Origin: an uncultured Novosphingobium sp.
GTDB lineage: Bacteria; Pseudomonadota; Alphaproteobacteria; Sphingomonadales; Sphingomonadaceae
Assembly: GCA_964245935.1 (NCBI GenBank)
Contig: CAXTOS010000002.1
Coordinates: 7,967 to 71,966, forward strand
DNA length: 64,000 nt
Direction of reading: 5' to 3'
Position numbers and translations under genes: made by a program
Notes under the pieces: model-generated
What the model saw: the letters and a program-made list of their open reading frames with translations, nothing else
Databases searched by the model: none
Told to the model about the DNA's origin: nothing
Shown: positions 11,768 through 22,635 of the stretch, piece by piece
Layout of the letters: each line of letters opens with the position of its first letter
How positions within the stretch are numbered: the stretch's first letter is position 1

Positions 11768-13268
11768 GGATTGGCTCGCCCGCGCCAGTGCGCAAGTGTA
11801 TGCCGTACCGCTGGCGCCGCAGCTCCACCAGGTCGGGCACGTAGAATCAATCGGTGACGGCGTGGCGATGATCTCGGGCCTGGCCGACGCGCGCCTCGAC
11901 GAATTGCTGCATTTTGGTGGCGGCCAGTCCGGGTTCGTCCAGGCGCTTGATCGCGACCGGATCGGCTGCGTCCTGCTCGATACCGGCGATGCGGTGAAGG
12001 CGGGCGACGAGGTCACCGGCACCGGCGAAGTGGTCACGGTCGGGGTCGGCCCAGGCCTGCTCGGCCGTGTCGTCGATCCGCTTGGGCGCCCGCTCGATGG
12101 CGGCGCCGAAATTGTCGCGGACAGCCATCAGCCGGTCGAGCGCGCCGCGCCGGGCATCATCGATCGCGACCTCGTGATCCAGCCGGTGCAGACCGGCACG
12201 CTGGTTATCGACGCGCTGTTCGCGATCGGGCGCGGGCAGCGCCAGCTGATCCTGGGTGACCGCGCGACCGGCAAGACCGCGCTCGCGGTCGATGCGATCG
12301 TCAACCAGCGATCGAGCGACATCATCTGCGTCTATGTCGCGATCGGCCAGAAATCCTCGAGCGTTGCCCGCGTCATCGATCAGGTCCGCCGTCATGGCGC
12401 GCCCGAGCGCTGCATCTTCGTGGTGGCCAGCCCGGCCGGCGCGCCCGGCCTGCAATGGATTGCGCCCTTTGCCGGAATCACGATCGCCGAGTGGTTTCGC
12501 GATCGCGGGCAACATGTTTTGATCGTGCTCGACGACCTTTCCAAACATGCCGCCACGCACCGCGAAATCGCCTTGCTCACCGGCCAGTCGCCGGGCCGCG
12601 AGGCCTATCCGGGCGACGTATTCTTCCTCCATTCGCGGCTGCTGGAGCGGGCTGCCAAGCTGTCGCCGGCGCTCGGCGGCGGTTCGCTGACCGCGTTGCC
12701 AGTTGCCGAAACCGATGCGGGCAATCTCAGCGCCTATATCCCGACCAATCTGATCTCGATCACCGATGGCCAGATCGTGCTCGATACCAGGCTGTTTGCC
12801 GAAGGGCACAAGCCGGCGGTGGACGTCGGCACCAGCGTGAGCAGGGTCGGCGGCAAGACCCAGGCCAAGGCACTGCGCGACGCCACCGGCACGATGCGGC
12901 TGGAGTATGCCCAGTTCCTCGAACTCGAAATGTTTACCCGGTTCGGCGAGCAGCCCGATCCGCGCGTGAAAGGTCGGATCGAGCGCGGCCGCCGGCTGCG
13001 CGAGCTGCTCCGCCAGCCGCAGTTCCAGCCGCTCCGCGTGATCGACCAGACAGCCTTGGCGCTGGCGCTGGGTGACGGCGTGTTCGACACAGGGCCGGCA
13101 ACTGCGATCGCTGCGATCCGATTGGCGCTGCCGGGCTGGCTCGACACCCATGCCGCCGATCTCTTCGCGACGATCGACGGCGGCGGCCCGCTCGCCGATG
13201 TCCAACGCACCAGTCTGATCGCGGCCGTGCGCAGCCTGGTGGAGAGCCAGGCCAAGGCGTCTGGATGA
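11751..13268 (+). CDS. atpA: N-type ATPase alpha subunit
   Basis: [37 protein letters not shown]. Confidence 0.97.
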   Translation: MPASAEDWLARASAQVYAVPLAPQLHQVGHVESIGDGVAMISGLADARLDELLHFGGGQSGFVQALDRDRIGCVLLDTGDAVKAGDEVTGTGEVVTVGVGPGLLGRVVDPLGRPLDGGAEIVADSHQPVERAAPGIIDRDLVIQPVQTGTLVIDALFAIGRGQRQLILGDRATGKTALAVDAIVNQRSSDIICVYVAIGQKSSSVARVIDQVRRHGAPERCIFVVASPAGAPGLQWIAPFAGITIAEWFRDRGQHVLIVLDDLSKHAATHREIALLTGQSPGREAYPGDVFFLHSRLLERAAKLSPALGGGSLTALPVAETDAGNLSAYIPTNLISITDGQIVLDTRLFAEGHKPAVDVGTSVSRVGGKTQAKALRDATGTMRLEYAQFLELEMFTRFGEQPDPRVKGRIERGRRLRELLRQPQFQPLRVIDQTALALALGDGVFDTGPATAIAAIRLALPGWLDTHAADLFATIDGGGPLADVQRTSLIAAVRSLVESQAKASG

Positions 13269-14119
13269 CCGACCGGCTTGCCGACATCAGCCAGCGCATC
13301 GCCACCACGCGGCAGCTTGGCGCGGTCGTGAATGCGATGCGCGGTATCGCCGGAGCGCGCGCCCAGCAAAGCCGTGCGCTCCTGCCCGCGGTGCGCGCCT
13401 ATGCCGGGATCGCCGCGCGCGCGATTGGCCAGGCGCGGCTGCTGGAGCCCGGGCAAGCCGAAGTTTTCGCCGCTGAGCCACGCGGCAAACCCGGCCTGCT
13501 GATATTCGGCGCCGAGCAAGGCTTTGCCGGTGCTTTTGCCGAGCAGGTGCTCGATGCCACGGCGGCCGAGTTTGGCGAAGCCCACGTCTTTCTGGTCGGT
13601 TCGCGCTCGGACGCGCTGGCCGCGGAGCGCGGTCTCGCCGCTGACTGGCACGGCGAACTCCCCGGTCGGGCGAGCGCCATTCCACAGATCGCGAACGACA
13701 TCATCGACGCGATCTATGCTTATCTGGGCAAGACTGGCGCGGTGGCGATTACGATGGTTTACCCGGTTTGGACAATCGGCACCGGCGTTGTCGTCACCCG
13801 GCGTGCGCTCTTGCCGTTCGACTCCCGAGCGTTCGCGGCAGATACCGGCGCAAGCGAACCGCCGCTTACCAATCTGCCGACGGCAGAATTGATCGAGCGA
13901 CTGAGCGAGGAATATGTGTTCGCGCATATCTGCGAGGCGGCGATGGAAGATTTTGCTGCCGAGAACGAGGCGCGAATGGCGACGATGGCGGCAGCCAAGA
14001 CCAGTATCGATAGCAAAATATTGGCACTAGAGGCCCAGGAACGCCGGATCCGCCAAGAAGAAGTGACGGCCGAGGTTGTCGAACTCGCGGCCGGCGCCCG
14101 CGCCCGCGCCCGCAACTGA
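13265..14119 (+). CDS. atpG: N-type ATPase gamma subunit
   Basis: [10 protein letters not shown]...[14 protein letters not shown]. Confidence 0.95.
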   Translation: MTDRLADISQRIATTRQLGAVVNAMRGIAGARAQQSRALLPAVRAYAGIAARAIGQARLLEPGQAEVFAAEPRGKPGLLIFGAEQGFAGAFAEQVLDATAAEFGEAHVFLVGSRSDALAAERGLAADWHGELPGRASAIPQIANDIIDAIYAYLGKTGAVAITMVYPVWTIGTGVVVTRRALLPFDSRAFAADTGASEPPLTNLPTAELIERLSEEYVFAHICEAAMEDFAAENEARMATMAAAKTSIDSKILALEAQERRIRQEEVTAEVVELAAGARARARN

Positions 14120-14287
14120 CCTTCCCCGGCGAGGTTCCGAGCCCAATAGGCATTTTATCCCTGCTTCAATTTCCAGGCGGCATATCCCGCCAATGCCGTC
14201 ATGCCGACGGCCAGCGCCTGAATGCGCTTGTCGTAGTGTGTCACGGTTGATTGGGGAACCTGGGACTTGGCACAGCCCGGAGCGGGT

Positions 14288-15262
14288 TCATGCCAGCGGC
14301 AGGCTCATGTGACATTGCACGCCGGTGGCGGGATACGCCAGTTCGGCCGTTCCGCCATGACCGCGCAGGCTCCCGGAAATCAATTCGCTGCCAAAGCCCC
14401 GTTTTGCCGGTGGGGTAACCGCGGGGCCGCCGGATTCGCTCCACATTACTTCAAGCACCCGCTGTTTGTCTGTGGGGATCCGCCAGTGTACCTCAAGTTG
14501 GCCGGCCTGGAGGGATAGCGCACCGTATTTGGCAGCGTTGGTTGCCAGCTCGTGAATAACCAGGGCCAGGGCAACCGCAATCTCCTGCCTGATCGCGATA
14601 TTCGGTCCTTCAAGGGTGATCGTCCTGGTGTCATTCCGATAAGGTGCAAGCTCGGATTCGAACAGTTCGCGCAGATCCGCCTCGATCCATGAGCGGTGGA
14701 TGAGCGACTCGTTGGTCCGGGAAATTGCAGCAAACCGGCCGAGCAGCGCATCCTTCAGGCTCTCGGCTGATGACGAGGCTTTGGCGGTAAGCGAAACGAT
14801 CGAATTGATGACCGCCATCAGGTTTCGCAGGCGATGGGCCACCTCATCTGCCACTAATTGACTTTGTTTTTCCGAAGCTATCCTGGCGCTCACATCGCGA
14901 ACCACAGCTGTACCGATGTGGTGTCCGTCCAGCAGCTGGTGGCTGAGACTGATTTCGACGACGAATTCCGTGCCGTCCTTGCGTCTGCCCTGGACTTCGC
15001 GTCCGGCACCCATGGCGCGGTGGCCGGCAAAATCGGCGGTGCAAAAACGGCTATGATCCGCGCGATGCTGCACATGAAATCGTTCTGGAGTGAGCGCGTC
15101 AATCGAGCTTCCGACCAAGTCATCGTATGAATAGCCGAACATTGCTTCGGCAGCGGGATTCAGGAATATGATCTGACCGTAATGATCGGTACTGACTACG
15201 GCATCGCCGATCAGGGAAAGTATAGACTGAAAGTCTGCTCCGAAAGGGAATCGCGAATTCAT
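14288..15262 (-). CDS. PAS-domain HWE-family histidine kinase
   Basis: FixL-like PAS (NPAAEAMFGYS, GRRKDGTEF); HRLRNL H-box; HELATNAAKYGAL; WSESGGP. Confidence 0.9.
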   Translation of the reverse strand: MNSRFPFGADFQSILSLIGDAVVSTDHYGQIIFLNPAAEAMFGYSYDDLVGSSIDALTPERFHVQHRADHSRFCTADFAGHRAMGAGREVQGRRKDGTEFVVEISLSHQLLDGHHIGTAVVRDVSARIASEKQSQLVADEVAHRLRNLMAVINSIVSLTAKASSSAESLKDALLGRFAAISRTNESLIHRSWIEADLRELFESELAPYRNDTRTITLEGPNIAIRQEIAVALALVIHELATNAAKYGALSLQAGQLEVHWRIPTDKQRVLEVMWSESGGPAVTPPAKRGFGSELISGSLRGHGGTAELAYPATGVQCHMSLPLA

Positions 15263-15392
15263 CGATCTTACGTCCGAACCGTCTGGTGGACCATCGAGCG
15301 CAAATCGGTGCGTGCAGGCACGCGAACGGGCGCTTGGCAGGCCTGGCCTGCACCCGCCAACCCGTTTTGCGGATTGGCGGGCCGGGCTCTCG

Positions 15393-15584
15393 TCAGCAAA
15401 CGCAGATGTCGTTCTCGACAGACGTAGTGCCCGCGGCTGCCCAGGCGGTCGATGCAGCGGTCTGCCGATCGGACCAGGAATCGACCGTGCCGGTCAGATG
15501 GATCTTGCCGCCATCGGCGCTTACGCCGGGCTCCCAGGCCAGTTCTGCAAGAACGTCGGTCTTCAGTTTGTGGTCGGTATTCAT
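15393..15584 (-). pseudogene. BON-domain (OsmY-like) gene with an apparent internal in-frame deletion
   Basis: DHKLKTDVLAELAWEPGV (start of BON1) joined to GKIHLTGTVDSWSDRQTAASTAW...VENDI (end of BON2). Confidence 0.65.
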
Positions 15585-15799
15585 GATCTGCTCCTCGATT
15601 GCTGCGGATGCGTTGCGCCATACCAGTTTCAAATAGGCTGACATTCTTGGGTGAGGCCTGAAGCTAGCCGTCGCGCGGAAATTGGGTAAGCGTCGGAATC
15701 TACCCAGGCGCGTTCGGGACATCGCAACACGTCCGGATTCCGTCTTCTATGGAATTAAGAAGCTCGATTGGTCCTAGGGAGTCGCCGCTGCTACTGGCC

Positions 15800-15926
15800 T
15801 AGAGTCTTTCCGACTTACGTCGAGTCGGTGCCAGCCCGCTCCCCCGCCCGGCCACCCATATTATACAATGACTTGGGTGGCCGGGCGGGGGAGCGGGCTG
15901 GCACCGTCTTAACCGGAAAGACTCTA
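15800..15926. repeat. Large compound inverted repeat: perfect 33-bp stem plus outer 13-bp stem
   Basis: 15826-15858 is the exact reverse complement of 15874-15906; 15800-15812 pairs with 15914-15926. Confidence 0.95.
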
Positions 15927-18263
15927 ATGGCGCGGTTTCGTGAACCTGCCGCCGACTTCGGCCTGCACCACCAGCCGCGCCAGTTCCGGCAGCGACTTTA
16001 CCCCCATGCGGTCCATGACCGCTGCCCGGTGGTTTTCCACGGTGCGTTGGCTGATGCCCAGGTCGGCGGCGATATTCTTGCTGGGGTTACCGGCCAGAAC
16101 CATGCCCATGATCTCGCGCTGGCGCTCGGTCAGCTCCCCGACCAGCGCAGCCGCGCCTTCGTGAACGGCGTCGACCAGCCGTATATCTCGCGATTGCGCA
16201 ATGGCGCGAGCGATGCTGGCCAGCAATTCGGCGCGGCCCACCGGCTTTTCGATGAATTCGCAGGCGCCGGCACGCATGGCCGCCACAGCCAGCGCAATAT
16301 CTCCGTCACCCGTGATCAGGATCACCGGCATATGATCGCCATGCGCCCGCAGCCATCGCAGCAGGTCGACCCCGCTCATGCCCGGCAGATGGGCGTCGAT
16401 CAGCAGGCAGCCTTCGCCGCCCGAACGATAGGCGGCGAGGAATGCCTCGGCGCTCTCGAAATCCCGGGCTGTGCAGCCATCGCCATCCAGCACCTCGCAA
16501 ATCGTCGCACGAACGTCAGGATCGTCATCGACGACGTAAGCTACCGGGGCGGCTCGATCCACAGCTTCGGTACCACCGGACGAAGCCCGCCACAGACCCT
16601 GCGGGCACAAGCGTTCGATCGCCTGCATCAGCTCGTTGGGATTGACCGGTTTACTGAGCTGGATGCAGTCCTCGCGCGCGATCTTCGTCAGCGTCTCGGT
16701 CGCAATGTCGCCGGTCAGGATGATCGTCGGAAGGTCGTGGTTCAGCAGGGCGCGCAACCGTCCCATCAGTTCCAGCCCCGTCATGCCATTGGGCAGATTG
16801 TAATCGGTCAGCAGGATTTCGGGACGGATGGCGCCACCTGCCACCAGCTTAAACGCCGCGTTGCCATCGCCGGCCACTCTGACAATGCAGCCGTCGGACT
16901 TGAGCAATAGCTCAAGCAACTCCAGAATATCCGGATCGTCATCGACAACCACGACTTTGCAGAGGTGATGCTGCCCGGATTTGGTTTCGCCAGGCGGCTG
17001 CGCAGGCTCCGAAAGGACAGATCTCTGCCGCAGCGGTACCGTGACCGCAAACAGTGATCCTTTCCCGGGCACAGAGCGCACATCGATGTCATGTCCCAGC
17101 AAGCGCCCCAGCCGCTGGACGATCGACAGACCGAGCCCCAGGCCGCGGCTGCGTTCGCGTGCATCGTTGCCGACTTGATGGAATTCTTCGAAGATCGCCT
17201 GCAACTGATCCTCGGCAATGCCGACCCCGGTATCGCCGATCGCGATCCGCAGGAATTTGCCATGCCGCCGCGCCCCGAGCAGGATCTTGCCCTCCTCGGT
17301 ATATTTGATGGCGTTGCCCAGCAGGTTGCGGACGATCTGTTCCAGCAGGCGCGGATCGGTTTCGACCACCGCCGTGGTCTGCACGACCTGCAACGACAAC
17401 CCCCGCGCCTGGGCGACGTAGCCGAATTCGTCGCGCATCCGGTCGAATACATCGGCGAGCGGGAACACCATCGGCTTTGCCTGGACCACTCCGGCTTCGA
17501 TCTGGTTGATATCCAGCAAGGCGTTGAGCATGCCCGAAATTGTGCGCAGGGTCTGTTCGAAGCGCGCCAGCAGTTTCCTGGGTTTTTCGCCTTCCACCGC
17601 CTGCACCAGCAGTTCCTTCAGCAGCGTCAGCGATTGCAGCGGCTGGCGCAGATCATGACTGGCCGCAGCGAGAAAGCGCGACTTCGCCAGATTAGCCCGT
17701 TCCGCTTCGTGTTTGGTCGCTTTCAGCGTGTCCTCGATCAGCTTGCGCTCAGTAATTTCGGCAAAGGTGATCACCACGCCTTCCACGTGGCCGTCATGCA
17801 CCAAGTAGGGAAAGATGCGCCGCAGAAACCACATGTTGCCCGGCGCAACCACCTCGCGTTCAATCGAAGCCGCGCCGGAAAGGACCATATGCGCCTCGGA
17901 CAGGAGAGTTTCGTCCGCAGCGATGGAGCGCAGGTCCGCCAACGGGCGCCCAATGTCGCCAGGGATGATATGGAACAAGGCGCTGATTGCCGGGGTAAAG
18001 AAGCGAATTCTCAGCTCTGAATCAAGAAACAATGTTCCGATGTTTGTGCTGTAAAGCACGTTCTGCAAATATTCGGATGTCAGCCGTTGTCCATCCAGTG
18101 TTGCCTGGACCCGGGTGTTGACCGCATTCATCTCGGCCGTGATCGAATTGTGGTTCTGAATGGAGATTTTCTCGTTCTGGATGGAAATCTGCAACTCGGC
18201 CCGAGCTATTGTCAGATCGTGCTCAAGCTCGGCGATGCGGTCAGTTTCTGTCTGCTCGGTCAC
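15924..18263 (-). CDS. Hybrid sensor kinase: coiled coil-PAS-HisKA-HATPase-REC-REC-LuxR HTH
   Basis: ASHDLRQPL, NLLGNAIKYT, DTGVGI, GLGLGL; two receiver domains; LTERQREI...SKNIAADLGISQRTVENHR. Confidence 0.92.
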   Translation of the reverse strand: MTEQTETDRIAELEHDLTIARAELQISIQNEKISIQNHNSITAEMNAVNTRVQATLDGQRLTSEYLQNVLYSTNIGTLFLDSELRIRFFTPAISALFHIIPGDIGRPLADLRSIAADETLLSEAHMVLSGAASIEREVVAPGNMWFLRRIFPYLVHDGHVEGVVITFAEITERKLIEDTLKATKHEAERANLAKSRFLAAASHDLRQPLQSLTLLKELLVQAVEGEKPRKLLARFEQTLRTISGMLNALLDINQIEAGVVQAKPMVFPLADVFDRMRDEFGYVAQARGLSLQVVQTTAVVETDPRLLEQIVRNLLGNAIKYTEEGKILLGARRHGKFLRIAIGDTGVGIAEDQLQAIFEEFHQVGNDARERSRGLGLGLSIVQRLGRLLGHDIDVRSVPGKGSLFAVTVPLRQRSVLSEPAQPPGETKSGQHHLCKVVVVDDDPDILELLELLLKSDGCIVRVAGDGNAAFKLVAGGAIRPEILLTDYNLPNGMTGLELMGRLRALLNHDLPTIILTGDIATETLTKIAREDCIQLSKPVNPNELMQAIERLCPQGLWRASSGGTEAVDRAAPVAYVVDDDPDVRATICEVLDGDGCTARDFESAEAFLAAYRSGGEGCLLIDAHLPGMSGVDLLRWLRAHGDHMPVILITGDGDIALAVAAMRAGACEFIEKPVGRAELLASIARAIAQSRDIRLVDAVHEGAAALVGELTERQREIMGMVLAGNPSKNIAADLGISQRTVENHRAAVMDRMGVKSLPELARLVVQAEVGGRFTKPRH

Positions 18264-18711
18264 TGCGGGGCCTTTGTTATCGCCTGGCTCTTCAGGGGCG
18301 TCGCTGAAAAACCGGTCATGTGCATCAACAAGTCCTTGGACAGCAGGTCACACTCCGTGGACCGCTTGCGCAGCAGATCGAGGTAGCCAGCCAGAACCCG
18401 GTCATACCGACGACTAATACCAAGGCTCTGAGATGCTGACGCATCAGCCCTGGAAAAACCTCAAGCAGGGGCGAAGGGCCTGCCCTTTGCTATAACATCC
18501 CGGGCCAGGCAGGCTGCTACTCAAAATGAAAAGGGACTGAGTAAAATCCGAGGCTCACTTCCGGAGCAATTTTCCGGCATGGCCTGATTTGACCCTCGCT
18601 GGCACCTCGACGTACGGCCTGGATAGCAAAAACAAAGCGTTATTGCCAGGGAACTCAGAAAATGTCCTCGTTAGCCACCGTCTTGCAGCCACCAGCCTCC
18701 AGCGACATTTC

Positions 18712-19092
18712 ATGACCGGGTGTCTGCGAATAGTTATCGTCGAGGAGGACGGGCTCATCGCCATGGATCTTGCCGATTTGTTGATCAGCATGGGCCACGA
18801 TGTCTGCGCGATCGCCAGCACCGAAGGCGATGCCGAGGAGGCAGCGGCGCGTTGGCAGCCCGACTTGATGATCGTGGATAGCAGCCTGTACAACGGAAAT
18901 GGCGTGGCCGCCATGCTTCGTATTTTTGAGGCTGGAGACATGGCGCACTTTTACGTAACAGGAAATCCCTCGGCGGTCTGGGAATTGGCGCCGAACGCCA
19001 TCGTCGTGACCAAACCATTCACGATGCGCGATCTGGACCGAGGCATGGTTCGCGCCCGGCATGCGGCGAAGCGGCGCCCCAACCCGGTGTAG
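18712..19092 (+). CDS. Single-domain response regulator
   Basis: IVIVEEDGLIAMDL...PDLMIVD...TKPF. Confidence 0.8.
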   Translation: MTGCLRIVIVEEDGLIAMDLADLLISMGHDVCAIASTEGDAEEAAARWQPDLMIVDSSLYNGNGVAAMLRIFEAGDMAHFYVTGNPSAVWELAPNAIVVTKPFTMRDLDRGMVRARHAAKRRPNPV

Positions 19093-19119
19093 CAAGGCAT
19101 TCATACCGGGGGACGGTGC

Positions 19120-19310
19120 ACCTCAGGCCGGCACACGCAGCCGCGCCCGATGTCTAGCCGGCCGCGTGCTGGCGCTGAATCAGCAAGAACTGGACGCGGT
19201 GCTGGCCCGAGTGATCACCGCCCTGTCCGACCGCCACCGCGACATCGAAGAGGTGCTGCTGTGCCGGTTCCAGGAAGTCAGCGGCGCGATTGACGGGGCG
19301 CTGCCCGTGA
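19120..19310 (+). pseudogene. Fragment resembling the N-terminus of a GH130-type glycosidase
   Basis: RVLALNQQELDAVLARVITALSDRHRDIEEVLLCRFQEV; no start; abuts the aldolase remnant. Confidence 0.45.
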
Positions 19311-19314
19311 TCGG

Positions 19315-19849
19315 AGGCGAGCCCATGATCGCCACGATTCCGGCTTCCTGGCACAATGCCGCATAGCGCGCGAGCGCCTGCATGTTGGCGCGGATACAGG
19401 CGGTGCCAGGATGATGGCCATCCAGCCCGATCACCGCGCGCCATTTGGCGAACCGCGCGCCCATGCCCGCATAGTCTGCCAGCCGCTCGCGCACCATCGA
19501 GACCTTCCGTGACCTGTTCTCCCGCATGGAGCGCAAGCGGTTTGGAGCCCAGGTCGACCTTGATCGCGGGGATAATGCCCGCGCTTGTCAACCAGTCCAA
19601 GAACCGTCAGCCCTTGCCATCGCTCTGGCGGATCGTCTCGTCGCACAGGATCGCGCCGCTGATGCTGTCGGCGAGCCCGGGCGAGGTTACCAGCAACTGC
19701 CGGTAGGCGCGGCGCATTTCGACGGTCTGCGGGATGCCAAGCGCGGCGAAGCGGGCGTTGCAGGTCGGATTGCTTTCGTCCATCGCCAGCAGGCCCTTGC
19801 CGCTGTCAACCAGCCGTTCGGTACAGGCGACAAGGGCCTGGGCGATCAT
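19315..19849 (-). pseudogene. Class I fructose-bisphosphate aldolase, disrupted and 3'-truncated
   Basis: GKGLLAMDES, ISGAILCDETIRQ, then stop and frameshifts; IKVDLG, EGLDG, GARFAKWRAVI, LARYAALCQEAG. Confidence 0.88.
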
Positions 19850-22287
19850 GCCGAGCGTTCCCCAGGCTGACCCCAGGTCCAGCTGACGATTTCCGGCATG
19901 TCCTGTCCGTGCCGATCGATGTAATGCTTATGCTCGATGAGCTTGTCGCGCATATGCTGCTGGAGATGGTCGCCCCTGGTGCCCAGGCCCGGCACCTGAT
20001 CGACGATATCCTGCACCAGGTGAAAGCGATCGAGATCGTTCTGGACGCGCATGTCGAAGGCCGTGGTGATCGTGCCTTCTTCCTTGTAACCGTGGACATG
20101 CAGGTTGCGGTTAGTCCGCTTGTAAGTCAGCTTGTGAACCAGGCTTGGATAGCCATGGAAGCCGAAGACGATCGGCTTATCGGTCGTAAACAGCGCGTCA
20201 TAGTCGCGCTCGCTCAGCCCGTGCGGATGTTCGGCGCAGGGCTGCAGCCGCATGAGATCGACGACATTGATCACGCGGATCCTCAGCTCGGGCAGATGGT
20301 CGCGCAGGATCGAGACTGCCGCGAGAATTTCGAGCGTCGGCGTGTCGCCGCAGCAGGCCATCACCACGTCGGGCTCGCCATCCTGGTCGTTACTGGCCCA
20401 TTGCCAGATGCCGAGCCCCTCGGTGCAATGGACGACCGCCGCTTCCATCGACAGCCATTGCGGCAGCGCGTGCTTGCCTGCGACGACAACATTCACATAG
20501 TGGCGGCTGCGCAGGCAATGGTCGAACACCGACAGCAGGCAATTGGCATCTGGTGGCAGATAGACGCGCACCACGTCGGCCTTCTTGTTGACGACATGGT
20601 CGAGGAAGCCTGGGTCCTGATGGGTAAAGCCGTTGTGATCCTGCTGCCAGACATGCGAGGCGAGCAAATAGTTGAGCGACGCGATGTCGCGACGCCACGG
20701 CAGTTCCGAGGTGACTTTCAGCCATTTGGCATGCTGGCTGAACATCGAATCGACGATGCGGATGAAGGCTTCGTAGCTGTTGAACAAGCCGTGGCGGCCG
20801 GTCAGTAGGTAACCCTCGAGCCAACCCTGGCACTGGTGTTCGCTGAGCATTGAATCGACGACCCGGCCGTCCGGGGCGAGGAATTCATCATCATTCGTCG
20901 CGCGCGCATCCCATTGGCGAGGGGTGACCTCGAATACCGCGCCGAGCAGGTTGGACAGCGTTTCATCAGGTCCGAAGATCCGAAAGTTGCGCTTGTCCTG
21001 GTTGGCCAAAGCGACATCGCGCAAGAATTTTCCGAGCACCTTCGTGTCCGATGCAGCGACCGCGCCGGGCGCCGGCACCGCTACTGCGTGGATGCGGAAA
21101 TCGGGCATTTTCAAGTCGCGTAGCAGCAGCCCGCCGTTGGTGTGCGGATTGGCCCCCATCCGCCGGTCGCCATTCGGCGCGAGCGCTGCCAGCCCGGCGA
21201 TCAATTGCCCGTCGGCGTCGAACAATTCTTCGGGCTGGTAGCTGCGCATCCAGGCTTCGAGGTCGGCGACATGGTCCGGATGGTCTGCATCGACCAGGAT
21301 CGGCACCTGATGCGAACGAAATGTCCCCTCGATCTTGAGCCCGTCGATCACCTTGGGACCGGTCCAGCCCTTGGGCGAGCGCAGCACGATCATCGGCCAG
21401 CGGGGCCGGGCCGGGGTGCCGGTCGAACGGGCATTGTCCTGAATCCGCCGAATGTCGCTGACGGCGTGCTCCAGCGTTTCCGCCATCAGGGCGTGCATCG
21501 TTTCCGGATCGTCGCCCTCGACGAACAGCGGCGTCCAGCCACAGCCGCGCAGGAATTGCTCGAGTTCGCCGGGCTCGATCCTGGCCAACAGCGTAGGATT
21601 GCTGATCTTGAACCCGTTGAGATGCAGGATGGGCAGCACCGCGCCGTCGCTGATCGGATTGAGCAGCTTGTTGGAGTGCCATGCCGTCGCCAGTGGCCCG
21701 GTCTCGGCCTCGCCGTCACCGATGACGCAGGCGACGATCAGCCCCGGATTGTCGAATGCGGCGCCGAACGCGTGGCTCAGCGAATAGCCCAGTTCTCCGC
21801 CCTCGTGGATCGATCCTGGTGTGCTCGGCGCGACATGGCTGGAAATGCCGCCAGGAAAGGAGAATTGGGTGAACAATCGCTTCATCCCGGCCTCGTCCTG
21901 GCTGATGTTCGGATAGATCTCGCTATAGCTGCCCTCGAGATAGGTATTCGCGACCAGCGCAGGCCCGCCATGTCCGGGACCCGCGATGTAGAACATGTCC
22001 AGGTCATGCGCCTTGATGATGCGGTTGAGATGGACATAGATGAAATTCTGGCCCGGCGTCGTGCCCCAGTGCCCGACCACTAGCGGCTTGACGTGGGCCT
22101 GGGTTAGCGGCTCGCGCAGCAGGGGATTGTCGTACAGATATATCTGCCCGACCGAGAGGTAATTGGCGGCACGCCAATAGGCGTGGATCAAGCGCAGCTC
22201 TGCAGCAGTGAGCGCGCCAGATGGTTTGCTTTCCTGGTCGCCCGGACGGGGCAAATCCGAGGCTCGCGATTTGACGATGGCGTCCAT
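19846..22287 (-). CDS. xfp: Phosphoketolase (XFP family)
   Basis: [27 protein letters not shown] (TPP motif), [12 protein letters not shown]. Confidence 0.97.
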   Translation of the reverse strand: MDAIVKSRASDLPRPGDQESKPSGALTAAELRLIHAYWRAANYLSVGQIYLYDNPLLREPLTQAHVKPLVVGHWGTTPGQNFIYVHLNRIIKAHDLDMFYIAGPGHGGPALVANTYLEGSYSEIYPNISQDEAGMKRLFTQFSFPGGISSHVAPSTPGSIHEGGELGYSLSHAFGAAFDNPGLIVACVIGDGEAETGPLATAWHSNKLLNPISDGAVLPILHLNGFKISNPTLLARIEPGELEQFLRGCGWTPLFVEGDDPETMHALMAETLEHAVSDIRRIQDNARSTGTPARPRWPMIVLRSPKGWTGPKVIDGLKIEGTFRSHQVPILVDADHPDHVADLEAWMRSYQPEELFDADGQLIAGLAALAPNGDRRMGANPHTNGGLLLRDLKMPDFRIHAVAVPAPGAVAASDTKVLGKFLRDVALANQDKRNFRIFGPDETLSNLLGAVFEVTPRQWDARATNDDEFLAPDGRVVDSMLSEHQCQGWLEGYLLTGRHGLFNSYEAFIRIVDSMFSQHAKWLKVTSELPWRRDIASLNYLLASHVWQQDHNGFTHQDPGFLDHVVNKKADVVRVYLPPDANCLLSVFDHCLRSRHYVNVVVAGKHALPQWLSMEAAVVHCTEGLGIWQWASNDQDGEPDVVMACCGDTPTLEILAAVSILRDHLPELRIRVINVVDLMRLQPCAEHPHGLSERDYDALFTTDKPIVFGFHGYPSLVHKLTYKRTNRNLHVHGYKEEGTITTAFDMRVQNDLDRFHLVQDIVDQVPGLGTRGDHLQQHMRDKLIEHKHYIDRHGQDMPEIVSWTWGQPGERSA

Positions 22288-22635
22288 GGCAATTGATCCA
22301 GGCGGGCGAGGGATGGCAATCAGCGGGTCGCGCGCGCTCGACCGCTTGCAAGTTTCTAAGTGGCCAGCGCCGCAGCTGCGGCATCAATCTTGTAAACCAC
22401 ATGCAAAAGCCGTGGAGCAGGCTCGGAAACTACTCAGCCGGGCGCGTTCCGCGTCCAACCATGGGTAGTTTCCGATAGTTTAGCGGTCTTGCCCGATCGT
22501 TTAAGAGAGGGATGCGCCTGGCTCGCAGCCGGACCCTGCGCGGAATGCGCGAGTAGCCTCTCGCGGGGAACAGCCCATGTTCGATCGCTTTTTTTGTATA
22601 GCATGGCCAGCAGTGCCGACCACACCCATGGTCAA

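Noticed and set aside
22288-22635. FNR/FixK box in the xfp-ackA divergent region
   Set aside because: No convincing TTGAT-N4-ATCAA match found by eye.
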